64,000 nt of DNA from a virus, in IMG/VR virus record IMGVR_UViG_3300021083_000196, positions 3,377-67,376 of that record; one strand, given 5' to 3'. The translations under genes and the position numbers were made by a program. Positions 46,804 through 57,861 of this stretch are shown here, in pieces. The notes under the pieces are model-generated. The model had not been told where the DNA came from and made no database searches. It saw only the letters and a list, made by a program, of their open reading frames with translations. How positions within the stretch are numbered: position 1 is the first letter of the stretch; every line of letters starts with the position of its first letter.

Positions 46804-47284
46804 TGAATGCTCCATAATTGTTATTTTGTCTACGGTATATCATACACAAAAATCGTTGTGTATTGTGAATGAAGTTTTATCGTACACAAATTATTGGTTA
46901 CTGAGAAAGATAAAGTATTTCATGTGTGGCAGATGGACGTGACGTTCTTTTCCATCTTCCCAGAGGACAAAAACAGCCTCCCGATTTATGAAAGTATCGG
47001 TCTTTTTGGCGTTATTGATTTCGAGACGCATCAGTGCGGCCTCACGGTCGGCACGGCTCATTCCCCATGCCTTTTAATTTCTTTTTTACAGTATAATTCA
47101 ATAATACCTTCCGGTACTTCCTTAACGATAAGGCCAACCGGTAAAATATTTTTTATATCCTGTAGGGATATAACTCTAGGCATCCCAAGTGATAATCTAT
47201 GTAAGTTTATATGGAGATCGGGACATATAAACCGCGACAAGTTGTATCTGAAAACGTAACTATAATAACGAAATCTCTTACCCA

Positions 47285-48019
47285 TCATAGCAGCCTCTCC
47301 TGAAAGTTCTCGACGGCCGACAATATCCGCTGGACCGCCATGTTGAAATATTTCTCATCCTTCTCGATGCCGATAAAGGCGCGTCCGGCGTGGACGGCGG
47401 CGACACCGGTGGTTCCGGATCCCATGAATGGGTCCAGAACAATCTGTCCGCGTTCTGTACTTTGCTCGATATAATGTCGCATCAGCGGGACCGGTTTTTC
47501 TGTAGGATGGTCTGATACATCCACCTGTGGACAACTAATGAGCTGTTTAGCTCCGCAATTAGTAACGTATTTTGCAGGAGTTTTATAGAACATCCCCGTG
47601 AATTCGCAGTTCTTCATGTACCATCGATTAGGAGTGGCAGTCACCTTGTCCCATACCAGTAAGTTGTGAAATCCGAAACCGGCCGCCTCTGCTTCATTCA
47701 TCATATTCGCGACATGCCTATTGTTGCACATAACGTATGCATGATTTCCGCTTATTAGGGCCTCATATAGCAACGGCATGAAGTCTGACCAGTCAATATC
47801 GCATGGAACAATTGAACCGCTGTTGTTGTACTCTCCATACCCAAAACATCCACCCATTTTTTTGGACTTGTCTTTTGGATTATTTCCCCCCGATGTCAGT
47901 TTATACGGCGGATCGACGAGAACTAGGTCCGCGCACTGGCCCAGCGTTGGCAGGATTTCTATGGTATCTCCGTGATAGAGGCGGCAGTTACCGATCTGAA
48001 TGAATTTATTAACGTCCAT
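47285..48019 (-). CDS. N6-adenine/N4-cytosine DNA methyltransferase (beta class)
   Basis: DPPY, HPTEKP, VLDPFMGSGTT. Confidence 0.92.
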   Translation of the reverse strand: MDVNKFIQIGNCRLYHGDTIEILPTLGQCADLVLVDPPYKLTSGGNNPKDKSKKMGGCFGYGEYNNSGSIVPCDIDWSDFMPLLYEALISGNHAYVMCNNRHVANMMNEAEAAGFGFHNLLVWDKVTATPNRWYMKNCEFTGMFYKTPAKYVTNCGAKQLISCPQVDVSDHPTEKPVPLMRHYIEQSTERGQIVLDPFMGSGTTGVAAVHAGRAFIGIEKDEKYFNMAVQRILSAVENFQERLL

Positions 48020-48195
48020 TTTTTTCCGTCCAGAGAGATGCATATGTTTCATGGGAAAGGAGAACACAGGCCGTTGACCTGTCAGCCTGCTTGTTACGGA
48101 CGATTATCACTGGCCCAGATTTTGCTAAATTCATGTACTTTGCCGGTTCTTTTCTGAAATCGTATCTAGTTACAATCGTTATCATTTCTCTCCCC

Positions 48196-48507
48196 TTATT
48201 TAAAAACAAGCACGCGCGGCCGGTTCTTTATTCTGAATCCCTGCCTGCGATTGGCCTCAATCTCTATCTCGAATGGTTTTAACAATTCTCTGGCTTTCAT
48301 CATTAACGTGGTGAGTATGGTATCGTAAGGCGGGTTTGATGTATATTCGGCCGGATAAAGCCAATCATAGATTTCATGGCGCGTAACCCAGTCATGTCTC
48401 AGCATAAGAATTTCTATTACCTTGCAGTGCTTCGCGAACTTGTAAGTGTAGGAAAGGTTTTCCCCATTGATGGCTATGCCGTATCTGTCAATGGTGCAGG
48501 TGTTCAA
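48196..48507 (-). CDS. winged-HTH (OmpR C-terminal-like) protein
   Basis: VTR.EI...LY...R..L......I.....GFRI. Confidence 0.6.
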   Translation of the reverse strand: MNTCTIDRYGIAINGENLSYTYKFAKHCKVIEILMLRHDWVTRHEIYDWLYPAEYTSNPPYDTILTTLMMKARELLKPFEIEIEANRRQGFRIKNRPRVLVFK

Positions 48508-49199
48508 GATATTCCCTTGGTCGGTGTAGTCACTTATTATTATTCTGCGCCTCTAAAATTATAAACGCAAGAGTATCCATGGGAATTATAACCTTATCTC
48601 CAATAAAACGAGCATCGCATTTTAATATTTCAAGGTAATCAGATATTACGGTCATTTGTGCGATTTGAGTTCTTACCTGAACCAGTGTTTTTTCAATCAT
48701 TTCTTCCTCCGTCTTTTATTCACCATCTCCCTGCATCGACCGCATCTATAATACCCGCATGATGGCTCTGAACAATTTACACATCCACCTGTGGCGACAC
48801 GATCTGCCCTATATTTTCTGTGCTGCGTTGTTTTTGGCATGGATGTCATTTAAATTCCTTACTAATCTTTTCTATTTTAACGTAATGAATTAACTGGTTT
48901 AAATGGTTGGTTGGGCTAACGCTTATGTGCGTATGAACACCTATCGATTCGCCTTGCGCCATTGATTCATTAAGCTCGGCCACCGCTCGTTTTATACGTA
49001 GTGCCATTTCTGTGTCCGCGTCTGTCATTTCAATTCTTCCTAAACATTATTGTTAAAATCGCGCCTTTTACATGTCCCAGCGCATTAGATATTTCTTCCT
49101 CGTTAAACTCAGCATCTGCGGCAATAAGAGCATCAACTATTATATTGCATAGCTCACGTTCTTTATCGGTTGCTGTGCGGAAACGGACGGAATCACTCA

Positions 49200-49526
49200 T
49201 CATATTTTCTCCGGTGGCTCTGGAAGTGGTATAAAGTGACTGACATTCATGTTATTGGCAAAATTGTTTCCCCATCCTATTTGTTCATTACCAGACCACC
49301 AACCAACTGAAACTTTATTGCCATCTCGATATAGGAGAATTACTGGGGTTCCATCCCTCGGAGCCGTATCAATCGTCTGCCACTTCTGCTCTGGTTGGAG
49401 GGCTTTTAATTCATCTTCTACAATCCATGATGCGTCATACATTACAGTTGTGCCGTAATTTTTCTCCACGCGCTTGGCAATATTATTGGCTATATCAGAT
49501 AAAGCTATTTTCTTCTCATCACTCAT
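49200..49526 (-). CDS. DUF551-like protein
   Basis: WQTIDTAPRDGT...SHFIPLPEPP. Confidence 0.8.
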   Translation of the reverse strand: MSDEKKIALSDIANNIAKRVEKNYGTTVMYDASWIVEDELKALQPEQKWQTIDTAPRDGTPVILLYRDGNKVSVGWWSGNEQIGWGNNFANNMNVSHFIPLPEPPEKI

Positions 49527-49527
49527 C

Positions 49528-49689
49528 TTATTTTTTCTCCGTTGTAAGCTTACCTGTTTTTTCAAATTTATTCACAGCCTCTGTTACATTACCATGGCGA
49601 GGACACACATTATCCTTCAATGAAAACCAGCATCTTCCTACTAAAATACCATCTCCTGTTCTTTCATTGATCGGGCAGTTACGTGTCAT
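49528..49689 (-). CDS. small Cys/His protein, paralog of 50234-50419
   Basis: CPINERTGDG..VGRCW...CPRHG. Confidence 0.6.
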   Translation of the reverse strand: MTRNCPINERTGDGILVGRCWFSLKDNVCPRHGNVTEAVNKFEKTGKLTTEKK

Positions 49690-49690
49690 C

Positions 49691-50005
49691 TTATTTCCCT
49701 TCCGTGGCGATGGCTTCGGTGATTGTTGCAACATCTGCTGCGCGTTCTTTATGTGCTTTTTGTCTCGGCCTTCCCCTCGTTCCGTAATTATAGTCATTGG
49801 TTGACAGACGTTTTAAAGCTATCAAAGCCTTCGCATTATCCCCCTGCGCTGGCTGTTGGGCTGCGCGGATATGGTTGATGAGGGTTTCTTTCGCCTGTTT
49901 TATTTCAGAAAATTGCATACAGTCAGCCGTTGAGATAAAAGACATTAAAGTATCAACAGCTTCCTCAACATCATCCGGCACACGCGGTATCTTATCTGCG
50001 GTCAT
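49691..50005 (-). CDS. hypothetical protein sharing a C-terminal module with 2242-2694
   Basis: IRAAQQPAQGDNAKAL...ATEGK. Confidence 0.6.
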   Translation of the reverse strand: MTADKIPRVPDDVEEAVDTLMSFISTADCMQFSEIKQAKETLINHIRAAQQPAQGDNAKALIALKRLSTNDYNYGTRGRPRQKAHKERAADVATITEAIATEGK

Positions 50006-50233
50006 TTTTAATTCACCCTCTGAAAATCGTTAATAGCATCTTCCATGTACTTTGCAGCCGCCAGAGCCATTCTATAAAATGATGCACCAGCGTCTTTGTC
50101 TTGCAGTGATATTGCCTGCCAGCGAGCCTCTCAATACCCATAGCGGCCTCTGCCAGACGACAGGCCATTTCGTGAGCGTCCATCTGGGCGATATATTTAT
50201 CGTACTGTTTCATCTCATCCTTGCGCTTATCGG

Positions 50234-50419
50234 TCATTTTAAACGCTCCTTTGTCAGTTCGCCCGTTTTCTTGAAGTGTTTTATTGCATCAGATATATCG
50301 CCATGTATAGGGCAGACTTTTGCCTGATAAAGCGTATGCCAACATCTTCCGACCAATACCCCGCCACCCGTGCGTTGATTGATAACACAATTATTTATGA
50401 TGCCGACTTGCTTGCTCAT
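50234..50419 (-). CDS. small Cys/His protein, paralog of 49528-49689
   Basis: C.INQRTG.G..VGRCW...CPIHG. Confidence 0.6.
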   Translation of the reverse strand: MSKQVGIINNCVINQRTGGGVLVGRCWHTLYQAKVCPIHGDISDAIKHFKKTGELTKERLK

Positions 50420-51061
50420 CTACTTCCCCTTCGCCAAAACTGCATCGAGGCTGGCGATGGCTTCACCAATTTTATTGTAAGATATTTCGTGTTTGTTTAT
50501 GTCGTGTTCGTGCCAGTATTGGTAATACTGCATTGCATCCCTCACCCCCTGCAACACCTCCCTCGGCACTGCAATGGTGTCGGCTGGTACGGGCGGGGTG
50601 CCCTGTTTTTTATATGCCTCAGTCTTGTGAAAGACTATATCGTTGGTATCAAACCCGTTATCAATATCTTCCTCTGTTGCCTCTACGCCTTCGATAATGC
50701 CGAGGTCAAGCATTTTATCCTGAACATCCTGCATGTCGATGCTTCGGCTTTCGCAAAATAGCTCGTAAAGCCATTCTGTGAGATCAACAGCCATAGAACA
50801 AGTAACTGGCGGTTTGCGGGTTGCAGCTTCTTGTATTTCAAGCTTTTCACGCAGCGCGGCATTTTCATCTTCAAGCCTGCCATGAGCAGAAACCTCTTCA
50901 TCAAAGCACCGTTTTAGCTCCACGCATTCGGTGGCGGCTTGGATAACAGTATTAAACGCTGACTTGAATGCAAAATCTCCGTCATTCTCAAGTATGCGTT
51001 TTAAATCTACGCGTAAATATTCGATAGCCTCTTTCAAAACATCGTCTTTATCTGGGGTCAT
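50420..51061 (-). CDS. hypothetical protein
   Basis: 213-aa acidic ORF. Confidence 0.65.
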   Translation of the reverse strand: MTPDKDDVLKEAIEYLRVDLKRILENDGDFAFKSAFNTVIQAATECVELKRCFDEEVSAHGRLEDENAALREKLEIQEAATRKPPVTCSMAVDLTEWLYELFCESRSIDMQDVQDKMLDLGIIEGVEATEEDIDNGFDTNDIVFHKTEAYKKQGTPPVPADTIAVPREVLQGVRDAMQYYQYWHEHDINKHEISYNKIGEAIASLDAVLAKGK

Positions 51062-51590
51062 TTCTTCTTACTCATACAATCACAATAACACTTGCGTTTC
51101 CAGCACCATTTCATGAATTTACCGCATAACGAACATATGGGTGGCATTATTCGATCACCCTTATGCCGTTGGGATAATTCCACATGATATAGGCAGCATG
51201 GGAAAACTCTAACGGCGAAGGCTCTTTTGTAATTTGGTCAACCGTCACCACTTCCGGCACATTGTTGAGATAATCGCCTACAAGATGAAAACACTTATTA
51301 ACGTGACTATCTGACATTCCCCATTTTGCCTGTGTCATAGTTCCAATATCGTTCCAAGCCTCAATCGCCGCTTTTTTATCGGTCATAACTTCTCCAATGC
51401 CTCAATAACAGAATCGATTGCTTCTTCTTGTGTCTGCCATCCATCAGGAGTGAAATAGTGCTTCTCATTCCAAGCCTTGACGCGCACACGCCTGAACCTT
51501 ACGCAGATACGCTTTATAAATCTGGTCATCTTTTCCAGATGCTCCATCCCAGCAGGAACATTAGGAATCCGTATGACCATAGTTCTAATG

Positions 51591-51974
51591 TCATTTTGGC
51601 AACTCGATAAACGCGAATCCGCCTGCACCGATATCGACCATGCTCTGGATCATCTTCATGAGTTTCAGATCACCGGTGACGAATGCACATACAGGTTTAG
51701 TCGCATTGACTTTAGCGATCTCTCCGTAAGTGGTCTGCCAGATCAATTCACAGGCCATCTCGACGACTTTGCGGCAGTCGCCATCACCGTTGAGGATCGA
51801 TGATACACCGCTTGGGGTATAGCCGATAGCCTCGGCGATTTCGTTGGCCTTCATTCGTGTGGCCAGCTTACGCAGGTATACCGGTTCAACTTTGGTGAAG
51901 TTCTTGGATGGCTCGATAATTTCTTCTTCGAGATCGGACAGGGGACGGCTTTTCAGTTCAGTTACTTTAGACAT
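51591..51974 (-). CDS. HTH transcriptional regulator
   Basis: ANEIAEAIGYTPSGVSSILNG. Confidence 0.7.
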   Translation of the reverse strand: MSKVTELKSRPLSDLEEEIIEPSKNFTKVEPVYLRKLATRMKANEIAEAIGYTPSGVSSILNGDGDCRKVVEMACELIWQTTYGEIAKVNATKPVCAFVTGDLKLMKMIQSMVDIGAGGFAFIELPK

Positions 51975-52206
51975 GTTGTTCTCCTTGTGTTGTACGTTGG
52001 TTCCATTTTTCGCGGGTAGTTTTTAGTTCGTAGGCCGGACACTGAGTGATACCGCAACCGTATAAGTTCTCACCCAGCCACTCAATTTTCTTTTGTGCTG
52101 GTTTACCACAGAACGGGCATGATTTCAGTTCAGTGTCTGACATTACGTTATCTCTCTTGTTGGGTGGCCCGAGAGGATCTACTAATTTTCCCTCGGGCCA
52201 TAGTTG

Positions 52207-53139
52207 TTATCCGGCGGCCTTCTGTGCATCGGCTACCTTGGCTACGTTCTTCCACGTCTCCCAGTATGACCGGATCGATTCTTTAACTTCAGGTGCCAGT
52301 GCATCCTTCCATGCCGTCAATGCGGCCAGACCTTTTTCGGAAGCCTGATTACCTGCATTGATAGTCTCTTGGGAGGCCGCTACAGCGGTCGTAGCAGGTG
52401 CCGCTCCACCACGCGCCCATTCTGCGAGAGTACGGCCAGATTCCTCTGTAATGGGCTTATCTAGGGCAAAAAACTTCTTATGCTGCTGTTGGAGCTTAAT
52501 CGGTTTCGGAATACCAGGCGCATCGGCGGTCAGCAAGAAGCTGGTCGTCAACTCGAAGGGGAGGTTTTTCTCACAGACCGGTATCCAGCCGTCAAGGCCG
52601 GTTAAGCTTTGCTTGGGCACGATCTTCATCTTTCCGTCTTCCTTGATCATCTCGATCTTGGGTTCGGCGCGGAAGCACAGGATGACGTGGGCATTGACCC
52701 TCAGAAGTCTTTGGACGAACCCTTTATGGGCCATCTTCGGTTTAATCCATGCCGCCATTTTGCAGGCTTCACGTTTTTTGTAATCGCTTCCGGCCATGCG
52801 GGTGAGTTCTTCTTCCTGCCAGTCAAGGATTGATGACCAGATATGCGAGGTGCTATCGACGACGATCACCGGAAACTTTGCCTTATCCAGCGTCTCGATG
52901 GCATCGATGTACTGGTCGGGACGGAAAGGTTCCTTGATTTCTCCGTGCTCGAATTTGAACTCGTCGGCGTAGTGCTTGGCGCGTCCGTTCTCGGTATCGA
53001 TAACCGCGAAGGCTTTACCGCCCGACATGCCAGAGGCAAGGCGCATGGCGGTATAAGTTTTCCCAGAGCCTGTCCCACCGGCCAGACCGATGAGTAGGGG
53101 GATTTGTTCGCGGACGGCTGGTTTGTATTTGAAGGTCAT
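52207..53139 (-). CDS. Sak4-like AAA ATPase (ssDNA annealing recombinase)
   Basis: GGTGSGKTYTA, VIDTENG, VIVVDS.SH.W. Confidence 0.85.
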   Translation of the reverse strand: MTFKYKPAVREQIPLLIGLAGGTGSGKTYTAMRLASGMSGGKAFAVIDTENGRAKHYADEFKFEHGEIKEPFRPDQYIDAIETLDKAKFPVIVVDSTSHIWSSILDWQEEELTRMAGSDYKKREACKMAAWIKPKMAHKGFVQRLLRVNAHVILCFRAEPKIEMIKEDGKMKIVPKQSLTGLDGWIPVCEKNLPFELTTSFLLTADAPGIPKPIKLQQQHKKFFALDKPITEESGRTLAEWARGGAAPATTAVAASQETINAGNQASEKGLAALTAWKDALAPEVKESIRSYWETWKNVAKVADAQKAAG

Positions 53140-53627
53140 TTTATTTTCCTTTTAAAATTTGTTCTCGAAAACTTTCCGTGAAACTTTAACGATGCTGTAT
53201 CATATGCGATAGCAGCATCTTTCTCTTTTTTGTAAAAACCAAGATGTATTAGTTTCTTTCTACATGAGATTCTTGCTTGCCATTTATCGTGATGAATATG
53301 CCAAGATACACCTTTGTATTTGCTGGTTTTATTTTTTCTAGGTTTTCTATTCATCCCGTTTTGTGACTTAGATGAAATTCTAAGATTTGACCTAGTATTG
53401 TTAAATCCATTCATATCTATATGGTCTACCTCTTTATCGCTTGGAGCTTTTGTTATTATCCTGTGCATCATAACTAATTTTCTTTTTCTGTTTTTGCACT
53501 CCAAAATCTTTTCATTGCGGCAAGCATATCCATCGGCATGTGTATGCCAATTCCACTGTGCAAGAAAATCATAGTCTTGGTCATCGACTATCGCGAATTT
53601 ACCTTTAGTTAGGGATATTAACTTCAT
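53136..53627 (-). CDS. HNH-AP2 homing endonuclease
   Basis: MHR.I...VDHI..N..NN.RSNLR; SKYKGVSW...AA.AYD. Confidence 0.9.
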   Translation of the reverse strand: MKLISLTKGKFAIVDDQDYDFLAQWNWHTHADGYACRNEKILECKNRKRKLVMMHRIITKAPSDKEVDHIDMNGFNNTRSNLRISSKSQNGMNRKPRKNKTSKYKGVSWHIHHDKWQARISCRKKLIHLGFYKKEKDAAIAYDTASLKFHGKFSRTNFKRKIK

Positions 53628-54517
53628 GCAGCGTTTTTCATTTCTTCCGCTTCTTTCTCCATGGCTATGTGTTCCTCCCATTGAGTGAGTTCCCATGTTG
53701 GAGGCTCCGCATAAATGACTCTACCGTTGGCGTACCCTGCCCATTTTCCGGTCTCAAGTCCACGTTTCCATGTGTCTAGTGCCCAATCGACTTTACGGTT
53801 AGCTAGGTCCATGCCGGTCTCTCCGAGGATTACCGGATAGACATCATGGGGCTGCTTCTGTTCGATGACCGCGAGAATGAAACGTTTATCTTCATCTGCC
53901 AGAGCCTTCCAGACGCGCTTGTAAAATGCGACGCTGATATCCATGCCCAGCCCGTAAAGCTGGTTCTTGATCCACTTGCTGGGCGCGTATTCGGTGCCCG
54001 TGGATTTGATATCCCAGAGGCTTTTGGCCAAGCTATCGATTCTGATCTTGCACCATACCCCGTTGATCTGGGCCACGATGGTCTTCTCCACCTGTTCGGT
54101 GCTGAACTTCTCGCCCAGCTCATCGGCGAAGGACGCCATCTTTGGTTCGAAGGCTTGAGCCATGAGAACCGCCGAATCATAATCAGGCTGCTTGACCACG
54201 ACTTTACCGGCGCGAAGGTTGGCATCGCGCCATGCCTTGGCCTCGTTGGTCCTGAATTCAGCATGGGGGCTGACCGCGATACGCTTGTCGGCTTGCTTGA
54301 GAATCAGGGCGTGGGCAACGGTGCCGATGCTTGATACCGTTGACTCTTCATCCTCTTCATCCTGCGCTCCGATATCGCGATGGGCACAGGCAGCGTGCCA
54401 TGGAGATTTCGTGATCATCGTTTTGATCGTCGATGCCGATAGAGGCGGGGTAGGTGTCAGTCCTTTGCCAAGGTACTGTTCGAATGAAATATCATAAACT
54501 CCGGCGGTTGTTAGCAT
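53624..54517 (-). CDS. RecE/ExoVIII-like PD-(D/E)XK exonuclease
   Basis: LSAS......SP.H, G...H..IL, CK.R.D....D.K; next to Sak4. Confidence 0.8.
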   Translation of the reverse strand: MLTTAGVYDISFEQYLGKGLTPTPPLSASTIKTMITKSPWHAACAHRDIGAQDEEDEESTVSSIGTVAHALILKQADKRIAVSPHAEFRTNEAKAWRDANLRAGKVVVKQPDYDSAVLMAQAFEPKMASFADELGEKFSTEQVEKTIVAQINGVWCKIRIDSLAKSLWDIKSTGTEYAPSKWIKNQLYGLGMDISVAFYKRVWKALADEDKRFILAVIEQKQPHDVYPVILGETGMDLANRKVDWALDTWKRGLETGKWAGYANGRVIYAEPPTWELTQWEEHIAMEKEAEEMKNAA

Positions 54518-54682
54518 TATACTTTCCTTTTAAAGTTTGGGTGAATTACTGCTGTTATGTGGATAGTGACAGGCGGTGTCGCTTCAGGAGTAACGGAATG
54601 GAAATGATCCCATCCCCGTTCTTTCATCACGACAACAAAATCTCTGCCGCGAAACGCTACACGGCGGTCCGAAGGTTTTTCT

Positions 54683-55834
54683 TCAATAATTAATTTTAAC
54701 ATGTGGTATTTCTCCCTTTGCGATCGCTGTGATGATAAACTTGGCAACATGATCTTTCATGTATGATTCTCCGACCTCACCTTCTTGTGAAAGGTTTATA
54801 TTCCCCAAGGCGGAAAGAATTTCATTATTGATTTTCTTTTTGTGTGCCTGATCAGCCTCACGTTTTCGAGTGGCTGCTTCTTCGTCCGCCTTGGCCTGTG
54901 CAGCGGCATCTTGCTGTTTTTTTAAGGCGGCAGCCTTATCCTTTTCCGCTTTCTCTGCTGCGGCCGCGAGATCGGCAACACGCTTGTTCTCAGCATCCAC
55001 CAGAGCCTTATCCGCAGTTGCTTTGTCTGCGGCCGCCTTATCTGCTGCAGCCTTAGCATCGTCGATGATCTTCTGCTTTTCCTTGGCCGCTTTCTCTGCA
55101 GCGATACGGGCATCATCGGCGGCCTTCTTCTCGGCGGCCACACGGGCATTGAAGGCCACGTTCTCTTCATGGGCTTCCTGATACATGTCTTGGAATATCT
55201 TAGTCAGGCGTTCTTCCTCGGCGCGGAATGCTGCAAGTTCTGCCGCATCCTTCTCAGCCTTAATCGTTGCTTCGAGCTGGGCATGAAGGAATTTTTCTAC
55301 ATCCTCTGATTCCTTAACGGCCCGCTGTGCGAATTCTTCCCATTCACGGTTAACACGATTCGGGAATCCATCGATATATCCCCTGATAAATTCAGCAGGT
55401 TTAGGCTCCCTGAACAGCTCCTTGATGTTCACGATCTCGGCAAGTGCCAGTTCGTGGGCGGCGATCCGTGCCTTGTCCTTGTTCTCCCAGTCAGTGACCG
55501 GCTGCCGGATTTCCTTTTGTAATTTTTCGAGCTCATCCCATGCGCGACCCGCTTCTTCATCGACGAGGGTTAAAGCTCTCTTTTTCTCCGCCACCAGATT
55601 AACGCGTATTTTTTCCAGTGCCGTCTTCTCGTCCCTGACCTCAACGGAAAGACTTATGATCGCTTGGCGACCCTTCGGTGTCGAGATATCAAGTTCCGCT
55701 GCACGCTTGCGAGTGTTCTCCTTGATCTTTTCCAGTATCGGGTCAAGACCGTTTGGAACGAAAGTCAGTGCATGGTTTTTATTTTCTGTGACAACCAGTG
55801 CTGTTGACGGCTCGATGATTTCCTGTTCAGACAT
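54683..55834 (-). CDS. coiled-coil phage protein
   Basis: D.ST.KGR..I.SL...IRQPVTDWE...I.AIAKG.IPHV.I.Y. Confidence 0.75.
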   Translation of the reverse strand: MSEQEIIEPSTALVVTENKNHALTFVPNGLDPILEKIKENTRKRAAELDISTPKGRQAIISLSVEVRDEKTALEKIRVNLVAEKKRALTLVDEEAGRAWDELEKLQKEIRQPVTDWENKDKARIAAHELALAEIVNIKELFREPKPAEFIRGYIDGFPNRVNREWEEFAQRAVKESEDVEKFLHAQLEATIKAEKDAAELAAFRAEEERLTKIFQDMYQEAHEENVAFNARVAAEKKAADDARIAAEKAAKEKQKIIDDAKAAADKAAADKATADKALVDAENKRVADLAAAAEKAEKDKAAALKKQQDAAAQAKADEEAATRKREADQAHKKKINNEILSALGNINLSQEGEVGESYMKDHVAKFIITAIAKGEIPHVKINY

Positions 55835-56090
55835 TAGAAATCTCCTTCACAGGCTGAGTGATTTCCATCAGGCTGTGATTCATAGCCTCAGCAACTTTTT
55901 TTGTCGCATCGATTAATGTATCTCCGATGAGGTGGACAATCCCTGAGATTTGTTCTGGACTGAGCAATATCTCAATATTGCCCGTTGCCTGCTGGAATTT
56001 TACCGTACCTACATATACTTTGATAGGCGCAGAGCCATATCCATTGACGTATTTGTCCTCGGCCCTTATATCTAAACGTTCTAATTTCAT
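55827..56090 (-). CDS. hypothetical protein
   Basis: 87 aa; AAGGAGG SD. Confidence 0.65.
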   Translation of the reverse strand: MKLERLDIRAEDKYVNGYGSAPIKVYVGTVKFQQATGNIEILLSPEQISGIVHLIGDTLIDATKKVAEAMNHSLMEITQPVKEISNV

Positions 56091-56489
56091 CCGAAAAACC
56101 CTCCTTTGTATAGAATGAATAAGGTAAAAACACTTGAGATAAATGATGTAAAGAAATCAAACTTAGAATCTCTTTTTTGTCCTTGAAACGCTGCGTTGAT
56201 TCCGAGAACAAGTATTATCATCATAAGATATGTGATCTGCGGCCAGTGAAGAGTGAATGTCATATGCTCACCCCCCGTGCAATACTGCGTGCCATGCCCT
56301 CAACGAACCGTTTACCACGATAGTTTGATGGCGGTGACGGTTGTCTCTCAGGAACTGGACGGCCCCAGAGATCGAGGTTATACCAGTTCGGGCCGTGCAT
56401 TTCACGGCGAATCTTATTCATTGCTTCGTCTGCTTTATCCAAGGCGGTGTGCCGGTTACACCATCCATTAGGGGAAAAATACATGTAGG

Positions 56490-56951
56490 TCATGTTCGTA
56501 TCCTATTAATTTTTGAAAAACATTTAAAATATTTTATAGCCGCATTGTTATAGGCAATAGCTGCATCTTTTTCTTTATTATATAGTCCGAGATATTTTAA
56601 CTTTTTATTGATTCCTATATATGCCATCCATTTCCCTCCGCCCTTATGCCAGCAAACCCCTTTATATTTGCTAGATGTTTTATTTCTTTTTGGGAGATTC
56701 ATCTTATTTTGTGATGATGTTACACATCTTAGATTACGTCTTTGATTATTAAGCTTATTTCCATCTACATGATCAACTTCTTTTCCTTTTGGCGGATCAA
56801 CAATTGAACTGTGCATCAAAATAAACGATTTTTTATGCTTCCTAACCGCATATCCACCGCTATGAATGCACCACTTCCATTTCCTCAAGATTAGGTAATC
56901 AGAATTATCTACTAGGGCAAACATTCCTTTTGTTAATGGCAACTTTTTCAC
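56490..56951 (-). CDS. HNH-AP2 homing endonuclease
   Basis: VDHVDGNKLNNQRRNLR; SKYKGVCW...AA.AYN. Confidence 0.9.
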   Translation of the reverse strand: MKKLPLTKGMFALVDNSDYLILRKWKWCIHSGGYAVRKHKKSFILMHSSIVDPPKGKEVDHVDGNKLNNQRRNLRCVTSSQNKMNLPKRNKTSSKYKGVCWHKGGGKWMAYIGINKKLKYLGLYNKEKDAAIAYNNAAIKYFKCFSKINRIRT

Positions 56952-57127
56952 TGCTTTGATCCCCTATTAAAACAATTTTTGAAGTTTACCCTGATGGCCT
57001 CCATAGCGATCATGGCGGCGAATACACGGCGGCAATCTTTGACTGGGAATTGTGCGATCATTTTGTTTTCCTTTCGCGTAACTGGTAGGCGGGGCTGCTT
57101 CACCCCGCCACCTCCAGTCACAGAGCC

Positions 57128-57280
57128 TTATTTAACATCGTTGGAAAGTTTATCGAGTGCTGCTTGGCATGACGGGCTGGCATGGCACTTGGCCGCCATA
57201 GTCATGTCTTTGGTCTGCTGCGTAACTGGGCAGCACGCGGCAAGGTTAATGACCGCGAGAATCGCTATTACTTTTTTCAT
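57128..57280 (-). CDS. small lipoprotein
   Basis: MKKVIAILAVINLAAC lipobox; AGGAGA SD. Confidence 0.6.
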   Translation of the reverse strand: MKKVIAILAVINLAACCPVTQQTKDMTMAAKCHASPSCQAALDKLSNDVK

Positions 57281-57402
57281 GATTATCTCCTGTGACTGTG
57301 GGTATAAAGCAGAATTGCTCTATACCCACAGAATAGGCGAATCGATGATTTCGATCAAGCTTTATTTATAAGATTTATAAACTATTTTCAATTTCATAAA
57401 TA

Positions 57403-57861
57403 TTAATACACTTCTCCGCGTTGTATCCGAGATATAGTTGATTGAGAAACCCCATATTCTTCTGCTAAGTCGTACTGATTCTCATGCCTTGATCGTATTA
57501 TTTTTACTTCCTTGGCAGTAAATTTTGCCCTTGGATTGTTCACGCCATTCCGGTCATATCCCCTGCCTTTAGAGAACATATCCTTGTTATTATCAGCTTG
57601 AGTACCTAAGAAAAGATGGTTCGGATTCACACAGGGAGGATTGTCACATTTATGTAATACGTGCATATCTTTTGGAATTTCCCCCACATAAATTTCCCAA
57701 GAAATTCTATGTGCCTTTTTATGTTTTCCATCTATAGACATTTTGCCGTAGCTGTTTTTACCTTTAGCCCCTTTCCAGAGCCAACAGCTACTAGCTACGG
57801 CAAAAATTACCTTTTCTTCAAATCTTTTTTTAAAGATTTTCTTCAAGCTTTTCGACTTCAT
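57403..57861 (-). CDS. HNH endonuclease with C-terminal HTH
   Basis: CWLWKG...AHR.SW...VLHKCDNPPCVNPNHL.LGT..DN. Confidence 0.9.
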   Translation of the reverse strand: MKSKSLKKIFKKRFEEKVIFAVASSCWLWKGAKGKNSYGKMSIDGKHKKAHRISWEIYVGEIPKDMHVLHKCDNPPCVNPNHLFLGTQADNNKDMFSKGRGYDRNGVNNPRAKFTAKEVKIIRSRHENQYDLAEEYGVSQSTISRIQRGEVY

